From a virus, in IMG/VR virus record IMGVR_UViG_3300036770_006330: a stretch of DNA of 64,000 nucleotides, one strand, 5' to 3'. Below are positions 1 to 9,055 of the stretch, piece by piece. The notes under the pieces are model-generated. The model searched no databases. It was not told the origin of the DNA and was given only the letters and a program-made list of their open reading frames with translations. The stretch's first letter is position 1; each line of letters begins with the position of its first letter. The position numbers and the translations under genes were made by a program.

Positions 1-90
1 ATCGTGCTAGCGACTACTGCTGTTAGCTATGTAATGCTAACCGCGTTGGCGATACGGAATATGTATCGTCGAATATCCCGCTAATCACTC

Positions 91-163
91 GGGCTAGTAG
101 CTCAGTGGTTAGAGCAGCACTCTTATAAAGTGTTGGTCGCGGGTTCAATTCCCGTCTAGCCCA
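91..163 (+). tRNA. tRNA-Ile, anticodon UAU
   Basis: Acceptor stem GGGCTAG/CTAGCCC, D-arm TAGCTCAGTGGTTAGAGC, anticodon arm GCACT-CT-TAT-AA-AGTGT, T-loop GGTTCAATTCC. Confidence 0.9.
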
Positions 164-176
164 CAAGGAGAAGAAA

Positions 177-368
177 ATGAAACTTTGGAAAAAGAAACAA
201 GACGAGCAGTTCATCACACTCGAAGAAGTGCAAAGCCTGATAGACGAAATGGTCGAGTATGGATTCGTCGAAATATCCGACTACACAAAGAGCGGTGAGC
301 CGCGCTATTCGGTAACCCCGCTTGGACGCATGGAGCTTGACTTGGCATTGGGGAATCTAAAGAAGTGA
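177..368 (+). CDS. small hypothetical protein (possible winged-helix fragment)
   Basis: AGGAG SD upstream; overlaps next gene start (GTGA). Confidence 0.65.
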   Translation: MKLWKKKQDEQFITLEEVQSLIDEMVEYGFVEISDYTKSGEPRYSVTPLGRMELDLALGNLKK

Positions 369-1492
369 CGCGACAGCGCCTCTTTCTTGACATCAACTGT
401 GTTGATGCCGCACGGGAGCGAATGCGCCATGTCTACGACACGTTCGACACGGTATGCGTGCAGTTCTCTGGCGGCAAAGATTCGACTGCGGTGCTCTACC
501 TCGCTAAGGAAATACACGAAGAGCGTGGTCTTGGGCCTGTCAAGGTAATCTTCCGCGACGAGGAGATGGTGAGTCCGTCAGTTGTCAAGTTCGTAGAAAA
601 GGTGCGCAACTACGACTGGGTCGACATGGAGTGGTACTGCCTTCCCTATGGGCAGGAGGTATGGGTGCTCGGAAGGCGGGAGTACTGCCTCATATGGAGC
701 CCGTATAGGGCCTCAGAAGGCCGTCTCGTGCGCGAAATGCCTCCTTGGGCCATCAGGGCAGAGAACTTCGGTTTGGACCCTTCTAAAGTGCTCCCACAGT
801 CTGTGGACTATTACACCATGCAGGGCAAGAAGGGGCGTGTTGCCTTCATCACCGGAGTCCGGGCAAACGAGTCGATGATTCGCTACCGCTCTTGCGTACA
901 GAAACTGCATGAGAATTACATCGTTATTCCCTTCAAGATGAAAAAGAACATCCCTCTGCGGTTTGCAAAAGTCATCTATGACTGGACGACCGACGATGTT
1001 CTCAAGTTCATTACGGAAGAGCACGGCGGCGAGTACTGCGAGTACTACGACATGGCGGCTATGACTGGTTCGAATACTCGAGTTGGTATCCCGCTCCATG
1101 CGGTAGCAATTCGGCGCATTGGCGATGTGGTTGCAACCGAGCCGGAATTCTACGACCGCCTATACGAGTGCTTCCCACATATTGATGCGCAGCGACGCTG
1201 GTGGCCCGAGTATGACCTCGAGTCACGAATCATGCAATATGCATCAGATGGGTGGGACGGCATAAAGCGATGCATTGAGGAGAATATGGCTACTCCTGGC
1301 CTGAAGAAACGAGCGATGGCTTTCTGTGCCGAGTTCCGCAAGAAGCACGCTCGCGACCCTCGCTCCTACCCGCTGCACTGGCTGGTAAGGAACTTGCTCA
1401 TCCATGAGTTCAACATAACTTCAGTAAACCCAATCGGACCCGGTACGCGCGCGTACACGGTGCAAATGGAGCAAGAAGCTCAAGAAGCCTGA
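365..1492 (+). CDS. phosphoadenosine phosphosulfate (PAPS) reductase-family / PP-loop protein
   Basis: 375 aa; PP-loop FSGGKDS, GVRANES and IYDW motifs. Confidence 0.85.
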   Translation: MTRQRLFLDINCVDAARERMRHVYDTFDTVCVQFSGGKDSTAVLYLAKEIHEERGLGPVKVIFRDEEMVSPSVVKFVEKVRNYDWVDMEWYCLPYGQEVWVLGRREYCLIWSPYRASEGRLVREMPPWAIRAENFGLDPSKVLPQSVDYYTMQGKKGRVAFITGVRANESMIRYRSCVQKLHENYIVIPFKMKKNIPLRFAKVIYDWTTDDVLKFITEEHGGEYCEYYDMAAMTGSNTRVGIPLHAVAIRRIGDVVATEPEFYDRLYECFPHIDAQRRWWPEYDLESRIMQYASDGWDGIKRCIEENMATPGLKKRAMAFCAEFRKKHARDPRSYPLHWLVRNLLIHEFNITSVNPIGPGTRAYTVQMEQEAQEA

Positions 1493-1710
1493 GGCTTAGG
1501 CTTTTTCTTTTTTGCTGGCTTAACCGGCTTGTTGAGTATCGCAAGCTGCCGGTCACACTCGGCAATAATTTTGTCTTGCTTCTTTATCTCAGCTTCTAGT
1601 TTGGCAATCTCTCGGTCCAACTGAAGCATCTCGCGGTCCATCTGTCGAATCTCTGCTGCGAGCTGCTTGCCGAGGTCTGGTTTCTTTGGGGCTTGTTCTG
1701 GTTGTGTCAT
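1480..1710 (-). CDS. hypothetical coiled-coil protein
   Basis: MTQPEQAPKK... heptad-rich; start chosen downstream of the longest ORF. Confidence 0.6.
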   Translation of the reverse strand: MTQPEQAPKKPDLGKQLAAEIRQMDREMLQLDREIAKLEAEIKKQDKIIAECDRQLAILNKPVKPAKKKKPKPQAS

Positions 1711-1723
1711 GGAACCATCATAT

Positions 1724-2179
1724 CTAGATGTCGATGACATTGTTGCTGTTTGTTGCCATCCGTCTTGCCGTGTCGGCATCGAGAAACACCACCACATACG
1801 AGAGGTGTACGCCGTCCTCATCCTGCTCCATCACCACATCAACCGATTCTGCCGGTATGCCCAGATGGTTCGCTATCCCAGCCCTTGTGAAGCCAATCTG
1901 CTGCTCGGTGTATGCGACGTCCTCGGCAATATCATCTCGCCACACCTCCTCGATTGGCGGCTCGACTATCGTCGGACGAGCCAAACTGGCTAAAACCTTC
2001 TCTGCTTGTTCCGCCTGAACACAACCCAAACATGAGAGCTTCTCGGTGCTAGCGGCACGCTTCCTCGTCTCGATGTGACCGCACTCAAGCTTGTGTAGGT
2101 ACTGGACCTTGCTCCATTCGCCGGCCTTGATTATTTCCAGGACTTTGCGTTGAGGAGCTGCTTTGCGGTTATATTCCAT
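1724..2179 (-). CDS. hypothetical protein with LECGH...CxxC zinc-binding motif
   Basis: ORF from MEYNRK; couples with the upstream ORF. Confidence 0.65.
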   Translation of the reverse strand: MEYNRKAAPQRKVLEIIKAGEWSKVQYLHKLECGHIETRKRAASTEKLSCLGCVQAEQAEKVLASLARPTIVEPPIEEVWRDDIAEDVAYTEQQIGFTRAGIANHLGIPAESVDVVMEQDEDGVHLSYVVVFLDADTARRMATNSNNVIDI

Positions 2180-2483
2180 ACTTCTCGAGCTCGTAGTCAA
2201 TGAAAGCCTCGAGGTGGAGGGCATCAACCAGCTCCATGACACTCATCATCCCGATGGGAGTCTGCAGCATGGTCTTCTCGAGCTGCTCGTATACAAACCT
2301 GTCTCCATGAGCCTCTACGGACATTGAGGCAATAATGAACGACTGAATCGCCTGCTTGCATGCGGGTACAAACTCGGTCGATACGGGTGGATAGTGGTTC
2401 GAAACAAGGTGAATCTCTAGCGCCTGCTCATAGGAAATATCTCCGCTTAGCGATGCTGCGTCATACGCGCTCAGATATCCCAT
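2169..2483 (-). CDS. hypothetical protein
   Basis: GGAGG SD before ATG at 2483. Confidence 0.65.
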   Translation of the reverse strand: MGYLSAYDAASLSGDISYEQALEIHLVSNHYPPVSTEFVPACKQAIQSFIIASMSVEAHGDRFVYEQLEKTMLQTPIGMMSVMELVDALHLEAFIDYELEKYGI

Positions 2484-2561
2484 ATGTCCTCCGATATGCG
2501 GCGAAATGCCCATCCCAAAAACAAACCAGCTGTAGCAACTAGTGCTACGACAATGATTCCG

Positions 2562-4496
2562 TCACGCATTTTCTGATGCCAACCCTTCGGCAAGGAAGTT
2601 CATGACAATCTGCTCTGGTCCCACGGTCAGTTCTCCCTCAATTCCTTCGGTTGCTGCTTCAACGATAGTGCGCTTTGTTGCAATGAGCTCGAAAATCTCT
2701 TCATCGATGGTTCCGGAGGCGAGCATGTAGGTCGACATTACCGAGCCCTTCTGACCAATGCGGTGACAGCGACTGTAGGTCTGGTCGACATCTGCCGGTG
2801 TCCACGGCAACTCAACGAACAATACGTCCTGCGCTGCGGTCAATGTGTGGCCGGTCTTTGCGGCCTGGATGGACAACACAATGACCGGTGCTTCGTCGAT
2901 ATCGCCGGCCTGGAACTTCGCCTTGGCGTCCTCAACGTCCTCAACGCTCATGCCGCCCTGAATCTTAAGGCCGCAGTAGTGCTCGGCTATCGCGTCAACG
3001 ATGTCGCGATGATGTGCGGCAACAACGACCTTGTCTCCGGTGGCAATCTTGGAATCAATCCACTCATATACGGATTCCATCTTGGCTTTAGCGGCGAGTC
3101 GACGGAGTACGGATATTCGGACAAGATGCTCATTGGATTCGGCTTTGATTTTCGCCTGCACCGCAGCTGACCAAATCGGCTTCCCGAGTTCGAGTGCAAT
3201 CTCGCGGGCTCGCTTAGTGATGTACTGAATGATGTCCTCACGAGCTTCGTTGTACTCCTTCATGGCTGCTGTTGTTCCGGTAACCACAACCCGCGAGTGT
3301 CGAACGGCCGGCAAATCCTCAAGCACCTGGTCCTTGGTTCGGCGGATATAGCAGGTGGCACGAAGAGTGTCATTCAGTTCCTCGAGGTTTGTAGCGCCGT
3401 CAATATGCCACTGCCCGAAACGGTCACGAAAAGCTCCGCAGTAACGGCGGTAAAACCCCCACAATCCACCGAACTTATTGAGCTGCCCAAGAATGTCTAA
3501 CTGAGGACCAAACTCAGCGGGACGGTTGGTGATGGGCGTACCGGTCAAACACAGAACCAGGCCGTCGTCAGCGGCTGAACGCGCCATCTTGATTGCGGAC
3601 TTTGTTCGTTTCGCTGTTGGAGTCTTTGCATAATGGCTTTCATCAAACACGTAGCTCTTGAAACCGAGAAGCGACTTACACCAATGGTCAATGTTTGAAT
3701 AGCCGACAACGAGTACATCCAACTGGCTGCGGTCGGGTAGCTCGGAACGATTTGCGACCACCTCAACTCGGCGATGCGGCAACCACTTCGCGAACTCCTT
3801 CTTCCAGTTCAATACGAGCCCCGGAGGACAAACAATCAGAGCCGGATACGTGCCGGCGTACTCGAGCGCGCCAATCGCCTGAATTGTCTTTCCGAGTCCC
3901 ATGTCGTCGGCGATAAACGACCGTTTTGCGTTGACTGCATAGAGAATTCCAGCTTTCTGGTACGGCAGCAGGCTTCCTTGCAGGGTGGGTATGTCCAGTT
4001 CTGCGGTAACCGACTTCGCTGCCGCGAGGGTTTCCGTGCGCTGCCGCTCAATTTCATCAGCCATCTCAATGAGTTCTTGGTCTACGGGCTGGTTGAAACG
4101 GTCCGCCCAGAGGAGTGCATGCCGAATCGCCGTCAGCGGCGCCCGCCAGGCCTTTGCTTCTCCATCCCATGTGATACCCGGGACTCCTTTGACCGCCTTA
4201 ACGAGTACGGGTTCATAAGCGAAACTCAGGTACACCCAGTCGCCGTCTCGGTACACGCCCTTCGGGGAAAAAGCCCTGCGGGGGGTAGCAAACGTGAGTA
4301 CGTCGGGGTCAATGTGAAAGTCATACTTCGCTGCGAACTGACGTGCTTCGTCAAGGCTGTGGATTGGCACACGCCAAACACGGCTCACCCTGTCCCATTT
4401 CGCACCTTGTATCCGCTTTATCTCGGCAACCCTGTCTGCGTCATAAGGGAAATCCAGCACCAGATGGTCGTTGGAGAGGGTCAGCGTCTCGGACAT
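2562..4496 (-). CDS. SNF2-family helicase/ATPase with two N-terminal HARP-like repeats (SMARCAL1-like)
   Basis: DDMGLGKT, DESH, LTGTP, Q..SRCHRIGQ; two repeats FPYD..V..IK.I.GAKWD...VWR / FAYE..V..VK.V.GITWD...AWR; TACGAT -10 sits 7 nt before ATG. Confidence 0.88.
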   Translation of the reverse strand: MSETLTLSNDHLVLDFPYDADRVAEIKRIQGAKWDRVSRVWRVPIHSLDEARQFAAKYDFHIDPDVLTFATPRRAFSPKGVYRDGDWVYLSFAYEPVLVKAVKGVPGITWDGEAKAWRAPLTAIRHALLWADRFNQPVDQELIEMADEIERQRTETLAAAKSVTAELDIPTLQGSLLPYQKAGILYAVNAKRSFIADDMGLGKTIQAIGALEYAGTYPALIVCPPGLVLNWKKEFAKWLPHRRVEVVANRSELPDRSQLDVLVVGYSNIDHWCKSLLGFKSYVFDESHYAKTPTAKRTKSAIKMARSAADDGLVLCLTGTPITNRPAEFGPQLDILGQLNKFGGLWGFYRRYCGAFRDRFGQWHIDGATNLEELNDTLRATCYIRRTKDQVLEDLPAVRHSRVVVTGTTAAMKEYNEAREDIIQYITKRAREIALELGKPIWSAAVQAKIKAESNEHLVRISVLRRLAAKAKMESVYEWIDSKIATGDKVVVAAHHRDIVDAIAEHYCGLKIQGGMSVEDVEDAKAKFQAGDIDEAPVIVLSIQAAKTGHTLTAAQDVLFVELPWTPADVDQTYSRCHRIGQKGSVMSTYMLASGTIDEEIFELIATKRTIVEAATEGIEGELTVGPEQIVMNFLAEGLASENA

Positions 4497-4545
4497 CCTG
4501 TTCATCGTACACCTCGGTAGCCCCGTTGACCCAGCCAGCAAAACC

Positions 4546-4578
4546 CCGTCGGACATCTGGTGCGCCGTCGGACATCTG
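4546..4578 (+). repeat. direct repeat CCGTCGGACATCTG x2
   Basis: two copies read directly; combines the spacer sub-motifs CCGTCG and GACATC. Confidence 0.75.
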
Positions 4579-4596
4579 ACGACCTGCTTCACGGGC

Positions 4597-4627
4597 AAAA
4601 GAAAACACCCACCCTTTCGGGTGGGTG
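4597..4627 (-). terminator. intrinsic terminator
   Basis: CACCCACCC-TTTC-GGGTGGGTG, A-run on + (U-run on -). Confidence 0.75.
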
Positions 4628-4697
4628 CGTTCTTGGGGGTACTTCGTTGGTTAGAAGAGGAAAAAGGCGATTACTATCGCCAGCGCAAGTGTTTGAG

Positions 4698-4820
4698 TCA
4701 CTTCTCAACACCCCACGCTTCTTGTTTCCACTTCGCCCACTTCTCACGCTTCGTGTGTACCCAATCTCCGAGTGGGACACCGAAAACGACTGAGAGTAGT
4801 ATCAGTTGATACAACTTCAT
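4698..4820 (-). CDS. 40-aa small membrane-type protein (not in ORF track)
   Basis: MKLYQLILLSVVFGVPLGDWVHTKREKWAKWKQEAWGVEK; AAAGGGA SD; own promoter and terminator. Confidence 0.6.
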   Translation of the reverse strand: MKLYQLILLSVVFGVPLGDWVHTKREKWAKWKQEAWGVEK

Positions 4821-4849
4821 CTCGCTTCCCTTTCTAGTAGGTACTTTTC

Positions 4850-4879
4850 AGAGTAGCGAAATGACTAGTACTAAGTCAA
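4850..4879 (-). promoter_or_regulatory. SigA-type promoter
   Basis: TTGACT-N18-TACTCT. Confidence 0.7.
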
Positions 4880-5097
4880 GCACTCTTGTACCTCGTTCGT
4901 CAAGTTCGCTCAGGTGACTTCGGGCACTTGTGCCCCAGACAGCGCAAGCCGAGTTCGTGCGTTCAGGCGACCACGCACAGCGTTCCCACCCAAACCGAGT
5001 TCGTCTGCCATCACCAGACCCGTTTCAGCCAGCGAAGACCAGATGCTGATGTCTTCCAACGGGGCTCTTGGGCGGCTGTCCCACACCATCTTCTTTT

Positions 5098-5112
5098 GAC
5101 GGTGGCGGATGA
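5098..5112 (+). repeat. polar 15-mer copy 1
   Basis: GACGGTGGCGGATGA preceded by TCTTCTTTT. Confidence 0.9.
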
Positions 5113-5311
5113 ACCCCGACGGGTCGCCTGTTTAGACAATGGGTCTGCAAAAAGCAAGTTGCTCGCACCAGCATAATGTCTGGACTGAGGAGAAGTTTGG
5201 ACTTAGTCCAACTCTGGACAGCATCCACGTTCCAACTGGGACTTGACCCCAGAAGCCCCGCCATCTGGAGTCGCACGGGGACTGAGTTGCCCTTCTGGGG
5301 TGTTTGGGGGC

Positions 5312-5350
5312 AAAGAAAAACCCCGCCGAGTGGGGGTATCTCGGCGGGGT
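5312..5350 (-). terminator. intrinsic terminator
   Basis: ACCCCGCCGAG...CTCGGCGGGGT with A-run on +. Confidence 0.7.
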
Positions 5351-5355
5351 AGTCC

Positions 5356-5547
5356 TTATTCGGGTTGTGTCGTCACTCCCGAGAGAGCCCACCACAAGCG
5401 GAACGCTTGCCCGTGAACCTCACGGAGAGTTTCGGTCACCTCTTGCTCAGGGCTCGCCTCAACGTAGTCCTGAATGATGTTGGCGAGTTGTCGTGCGACG
5501 CTCGCAACATCCAAGAGAGTGACTGACGACTGAGTTGGCTCAGTCAT
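5356..5547 (-). CDS. hypothetical protein (63 aa)
   Basis: MTEPTQSS...; GGAGG SD; promoter upstream. Confidence 0.7.
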   Translation of the reverse strand: MTEPTQSSVTLLDVASVARQLANIIQDYVEASPEQEVTETLREVHGQAFRLWWALSGVTTQPE

Positions 5548-5564
5548 TAGTACCTCCACCAAGC

Positions 5565-5619
5565 AGGATAGTGGGGTACAAGTGGGACAGCAAGCATTTC
5601 CCGTGTGTTTGCCGTCACA
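5565..5619 (-). promoter_or_regulatory. SigA-type promoter with upstream CRP-like box
   Basis: TTGCTG-N17-TATCCT; TGTGT-N6-TCACA at 5604-5619. Confidence 0.6.
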
Positions 5620-5658
5620 TACCAGCGCAAACGGTTGGGAGAGCCGTCGTCGAGCCAG

Positions 5659-5692
5659 CCGGCTTCGAGCAAACCGGCTTCGAGCAAACCGG
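5659..5692 (+). repeat. tandem repeat CCGGCTTCGAGCAAA x2 (+CCGG)
   Basis: read directly. Confidence 0.85.
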
Positions 5693-5735
5693 ATGGTCTT
5701 CTTGCGGGGCTTCCGATGTCCCATCATCTTCTTCT

Positions 5736-5750
5736 GACGGTGGCGGAAGA
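5736..5750 (+). repeat. polar 15-mer copy 2
   Basis: GACGGTGGCGGAAGA. Confidence 0.9.
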
Positions 5751-5774
5751 GCAGTTCGCCCGTTCGGGGGCAAC

Positions 5775-5819
5775 AAAAAAAGGGGGCAAGCGCACCTCAT
5801 TGGTACGCCTGCCCCCTTT
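5775..5819 (-). terminator. intrinsic terminator
   Basis: AGGGGGCA.GCGCACC...GGTACGC.TGCCCCCT with A-run on +. Confidence 0.7.
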
Positions 5820-5828
5820 CAGGGGGTA

Positions 5829-6170
5829 CTACGGATAGCGAAGTTCTGACTTTTTACGGCGAGTGAACGTGAGTGGGCTGTTTTCTAGTTCCTTTGTAAG
5901 TTGCCAGCGCATTTTTGGCAGACAACCACGCAGGTACTTTTGTAGTCGGGCTACGGCGTAGAGGCGCATAGGGAATAATCCGTATGCCCACTCGGGTAGC
6001 TCGTCTTTATCGTTATCAACGATGACCCAATACGGCTTCACTTTTCCGTACTCAATGCGGTTCACACGCCGTATTGAGTAGCGCACCTGATTTCGGTGCG
6101 AAGTGTCGCCACTTTCGGGCGCATCGTCGCATTGACCGAAGTCAAAACGGGGTACGCCTTCTGTTTCCAT
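5829..6170 (-). CDS. hypothetical protein (leaderless)
   Basis: METEGVPRF...; ATG 7 nt after -10. Confidence 0.7.
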   Translation of the reverse strand: METEGVPRFDFGQCDDAPESGDTSHRNQVRYSIRRVNRIEYGKVKPYWVIVDNDKDELPEWAYGLFPMRLYAVARLQKYLRGCLPKMRWQLTKELENSPLTFTRRKKSELRYP

Positions 6171-6177
6171 AGAGGTC

Positions 6178-6231
6178 ACTCTATCCCACTTATGCCCAAT
6201 GAGCAAGTTTTAGTTTGTGACCCACGACACG
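6178..6231 (-). promoter_or_regulatory. SigA-type promoter with CRP-like box
   Basis: TTGCTC-N17-TAGAGT; TGTGA-N6-ACACG from 6216. Confidence 0.6.
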
Positions 6232-6617
6232 TTTTCCTCGGTCACGACCCCAACCACCGAGAGTGACCGCCTAACCACGCCTGTTTGTAAGGGTTGCCTA
6301 ACTGTTAGGTGAGCCTTACGTTGATTTATCACTAAGCCAGCCAGACCACCAGCGATGTCGAGAACTCCTCGCCAGCTCTGGGCTTCGCCACGGGGCTTCA
6401 GAGGCGAACGCGTGAAGAACTCCCAGTCGCCGTCGGGGGGCGGGCGCAGCACGGGAACTTATCCAATAAACCGTTTGGTTGCGGGCACAACCATCTTGCT
6501 TCACCCAAAGAAGTTGCCAACATACCGAGTTGATGTCGGAAAGTCAATGTCCCAGATGGCGACGCACGTCCTTCTCGAGAAGACCTCAAGAGCCCCGCAA
6601 CAAACCGCCATCAAACC

Positions 6618-6632
6618 GACGGTGGCGGAAGA
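6618..6632 (+). repeat. polar 15-mer copy 3
   Basis: GACGGTGGCGGAAGA. Confidence 0.9.
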
Positions 6633-6637
6633 AGGAC

Positions 6638-6675
6638 AAAAAAAATCGGGCGCCCCCGTTGCTGGGAACGCCCGA
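6638..6675 (-). terminator. intrinsic terminator
   Basis: A8 followed by TCGGGCG...CGCCCGA hairpin. Confidence 0.65.
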
Positions 6676-6823
6676 CTTCTTTGCTTGATTTCAGAACAGC
6701 ACTAGTGCTACTAGAACTGCGACTGCAAGTGACTGAATCACGACAGGTGCTTCCTTTCTGCCGTTACGCGTTGTAGTGATAGGTGACGCGCGAGCGTACA
6801 CGGTCTTTTGGGAAATGTCAACT

Positions 6824-7060
6824 TTAGACGGACTTCTCCAACTCTTTCGCCAGAACGACGAGCGAATCGTCGTTGTTTAGGCGCGAATGGAACACAATGC
6901 GCTTGATGAGAAGGCGTACTAGCCACTTCAGTTGAGCGTTCTCTGCGAGCAAGTCGTCGCGCTCAGTGTCGCGCTTTGACTTCTCCTCGTAGAACTTCGC
7001 CCAGCCGACCCGGCGTGACGCCTCAAGCCCTTGTATGACTTGAGTAGTGGTGGTTTTCAT
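6824..7060 (-). CDS. hypothetical protein (78 aa)
   Basis: MKTTTTQVIQG...; AGGAG SD. Confidence 0.7.
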   Translation of the reverse strand: MKTTTTQVIQGLEASRRVGWAKFYEEKSKRDTERDDLLAENAQLKWLVRLLIKRIVFHSRLNNDDSLVVLAKELEKSV

Positions 7061-7262
7061 GGTATCTCCTGTAGGTTCGGTTTCCACCCTTAGTTGACGG
7101 ATAAGAGCACCGCTTGGTCAGTAAATGTCAAATGACATTGGACACATGGTGTTACAGCAGCGCCAGGTCGCCGTCGACAGCTGAGCTTGCGGCCCGGCCG
7201 GGCTCGAGGGACATCAAGCTCCCGGGACTTCGGTGCCGTCGGCAAGCGCTTCATCTTCTTTT

Positions 7263-7277
7263 GACGGTGGCGTATGA
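7263..7277 (+). repeat. polar 15-mer copy 4
   Basis: GACGGTGGCGTATGA. Confidence 0.9.
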
Positions 7278-7284
7278 CGGGCAC

Positions 7285-7328
7285 AAAGAAGAAGCCCACC
7301 CACCCCATAACGCAGGGCAGGTGGGCTT
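7285..7328 (-). terminator. intrinsic terminator
   Basis: AAGCCCACC...GGTGGGCTT. Confidence 0.6.
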
Positions 7329-7349
7329 GCTACTTGGGCTAAGCGGTGA

Positions 7350-7763
7350 TTAGCAGCCCATACGCTGTTCGTGATAGCGCTCGCTCGCCAGTTCAGACGC
7401 AGCGTGGCGGTACTCGGCAATGTAGTCCTGAACCTGTGCGGGTAGGGCTGACTCATTCAGGCGGTGTAACTTGCCCGAGCCATCGCAATACTCGCAGCGA
7501 GCGTCAAACGCACCTTGTGCGTAGTTCAGGCTGAACTCGTCACCGTGCGCTAGCAGTTCGTCAGTAGACATAGCGCCGAAGCGGTGAGAATGGAAGCCGT
7601 TACCACGACAGGTGTCGCAGATAACCCATTCCATCTCAAACTCAAACGGCAGCAGTTCGCCACGCTCAACGGCATCAACTAGTGACTCCAATAGGCGTGA
7701 CTCCGAGGTGTGTAATGCGTAGCGCTTAGCGCTAAGCAGTCCGTCATAGTCGATTTCTGGCAT
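7350..7763 (-). CDS. hypothetical protein with DnaJ-type CxxCxGxG zinc knuckles
   Basis: CDTCRGNG and CEYCDGSG. Confidence 0.75.
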   Translation of the reverse strand: MPEIDYDGLLSAKRYALHTSESRLLESLVDAVERGELLPFEFEMEWVICDTCRGNGFHSHRFGAMSTDELLAHGDEFSLNYAQGAFDARCEYCDGSGKLHRLNESALPAQVQDYIAEYRHAASELASERYHEQRMGC

Positions 7764-7798
7764 AGATGACCCCCTTGGGTCTGATAGTAGGTAGTTAG

Positions 7799-7853
7799 AT
7801 TTTAGGGGCACTAACGGCATAAGTCAAGAGCCGCAGCCGTGTTCGCCGACACA
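7799..7853 (-). promoter_or_regulatory. SigA-type promoter with CRP-like box
   Basis: TTGACT-N17-TAAAAT; CGTGT-N6-ACACA at 7838-7853. Confidence 0.7.
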
Positions 7854-7949
7854 CACCCAACGCCGCCGTAGGTCGTCGCCCGTCGGCTGTCCCCGCCAAC
7901 CCCCTTCGGCAGTCCCGCCGCCGACGACGCAGATGTCTCGTCTTCTTTT

Positions 7950-7964
7950 GACGGTGGCGGATGA
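7950..7964 (+). repeat. polar 15-mer copy 5
   Basis: GACGGTGGCGGATGA. Confidence 0.9.
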
Positions 7965-8051
7965 CCGATTACGGGCACTAAAAAACCACCCCCACAACCG
8001 AGATTTATCTCAGCGCAGGGGTGGCTTAGAAGTCAGGCTATCGGGGTTTTG

Positions 8052-8546
8052 CTACACCGCAACCTGTGTGAATGGGCAGACTGCCTGCTCTCCGAACACC
8101 TTCTCGTAGAGCCAGCGACCGTTTTGCCAGTCGGTTTCCCAGCCCCCATCTGAACCGATGTCTACGCACGAACCGTAGATGACCTTCGCACGGATGAGAA
8201 CGGCTGTTACGACCGTGTCATAGGGCTTCTGGTTCGTCTTACAGAAGTCAAAGATTTGGTGCTTCTTCTCACGGTCGCCTGCGTAGGCTTTCACCCACCA
8301 CTCGGGCTGTTCGGGTAGTGCTTCCCACGAAAAGGTTTCGTGGTCTTGGTCGTTTAGTTCTTGACCATTGAAGCGAAAGTAGCCTTCGGTGAACTCAGGC
8401 TCCCCTTTCCCATCCCAGCCAGCGATGACTATTCCTTCCAACTTGGCTTGCTCGATGATTTTCTTAGCGTCAAGCGCTAGTTTCCCGAACATCCAAGCCG
8501 ACCCGACATTACGTTTGTCTCGGGTGACGTAGTGCGTGTATCCCAT
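8052..8546 (-). CDS. conserved-looking phage hypothetical protein (MGYTHY...FCKT..KPYD)
   Basis: 164 aa ORF with promoter and SD. Confidence 0.8.
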   Translation of the reverse strand: MGYTHYVTRDKRNVGSAWMFGKLALDAKKIIEQAKLEGIVIAGWDGKGEPEFTEGYFRFNGQELNDQDHETFSWEALPEQPEWWVKAYAGDREKKHQIFDFCKTNQKPYDTVVTAVLIRAKVIYGSCVDIGSDGGWETDWQNGRWLYEKVFGEQAVCPFTQVAV

Positions 8547-8578
8547 TAGGTAGGTATTCCCCTTTCTTGTTGTAAGTC

Positions 8579-8607
8579 AGTCTAGGGGCACTTGGGGTAT
8601 CTGTCAA
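8579..8607 (-). promoter_or_regulatory. SigA-type promoter
   Basis: TTGACA-N17-TAGACT. Confidence 0.75.
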
Positions 8608-8608
8608 A

Positions 8609-8809
8609 CTATCGGATGCGATTTGCTGGGTGGCGTTGCTTGGTCGCAGCCAAAGCATCGCAGTTCAGATGCTCGTAGCCGACCCCCCGCAGGTGCTTCA
8701 CGGGAGTCCCGCCATCCATCTGGCAACCACAGTTCAGGCACGTGGCTTGCTTTGCCAGAACAACGACGACTCCGAGTTTGACTGGGTTATTGGTAATAGT
8801 TAGGTTCAT
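8609..8809 (-). CDS. small zinc-finger-like protein (leaderless)
   Basis: CLNC...HLNC; ATG 6 nt after -10. Confidence 0.65.
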   Translation of the reverse strand: MNLTITNNPVKLGVVVVLAKQATCLNCGCQMDGGTPVKHLRGVGYEHLNCDALAATKQRHPANRIR

Positions 8810-8815
8810 ACAAGC

Positions 8816-8844
8816 AACTTACCCAACACCCATAAAGAAGTCAA
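8816..8844 (-). promoter_or_regulatory. SigA-type promoter
   Basis: TTGACT-N17-TAAGTT. Confidence 0.7.
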
Positions 8845-8948
8845 GTATTTCATCGCTGGCGAAGTTCTTATCGCCGTCGATTTCTCCTACCGGCTTAGTG
8901 CTAATCATTTTTGCGCCGGGGCTTGCGGGTTTCCTGAGTTCTTCTTTT

Positions 8949-8963
8949 GACGGTGGCGGATGA
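8949..8963 (+). repeat. polar 15-mer copy 6
   Basis: GACGGTGGCGGATGA. Confidence 0.9.
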
Positions 8964-9026
8964 CGGGCGTACCCCAGACCACCTACACGGGCTTGACCTG
9001 ACCTACCAAATGGTCACGGGAAATGC

Positions 9027-9055
9027 TTGACTTTCATCCGTGTGGTTCGTAAGTT
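9027..9055 (+). promoter_or_regulatory. SigA-type promoter
   Basis: TTGACT-N17-TAAGTT. Confidence 0.7.
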
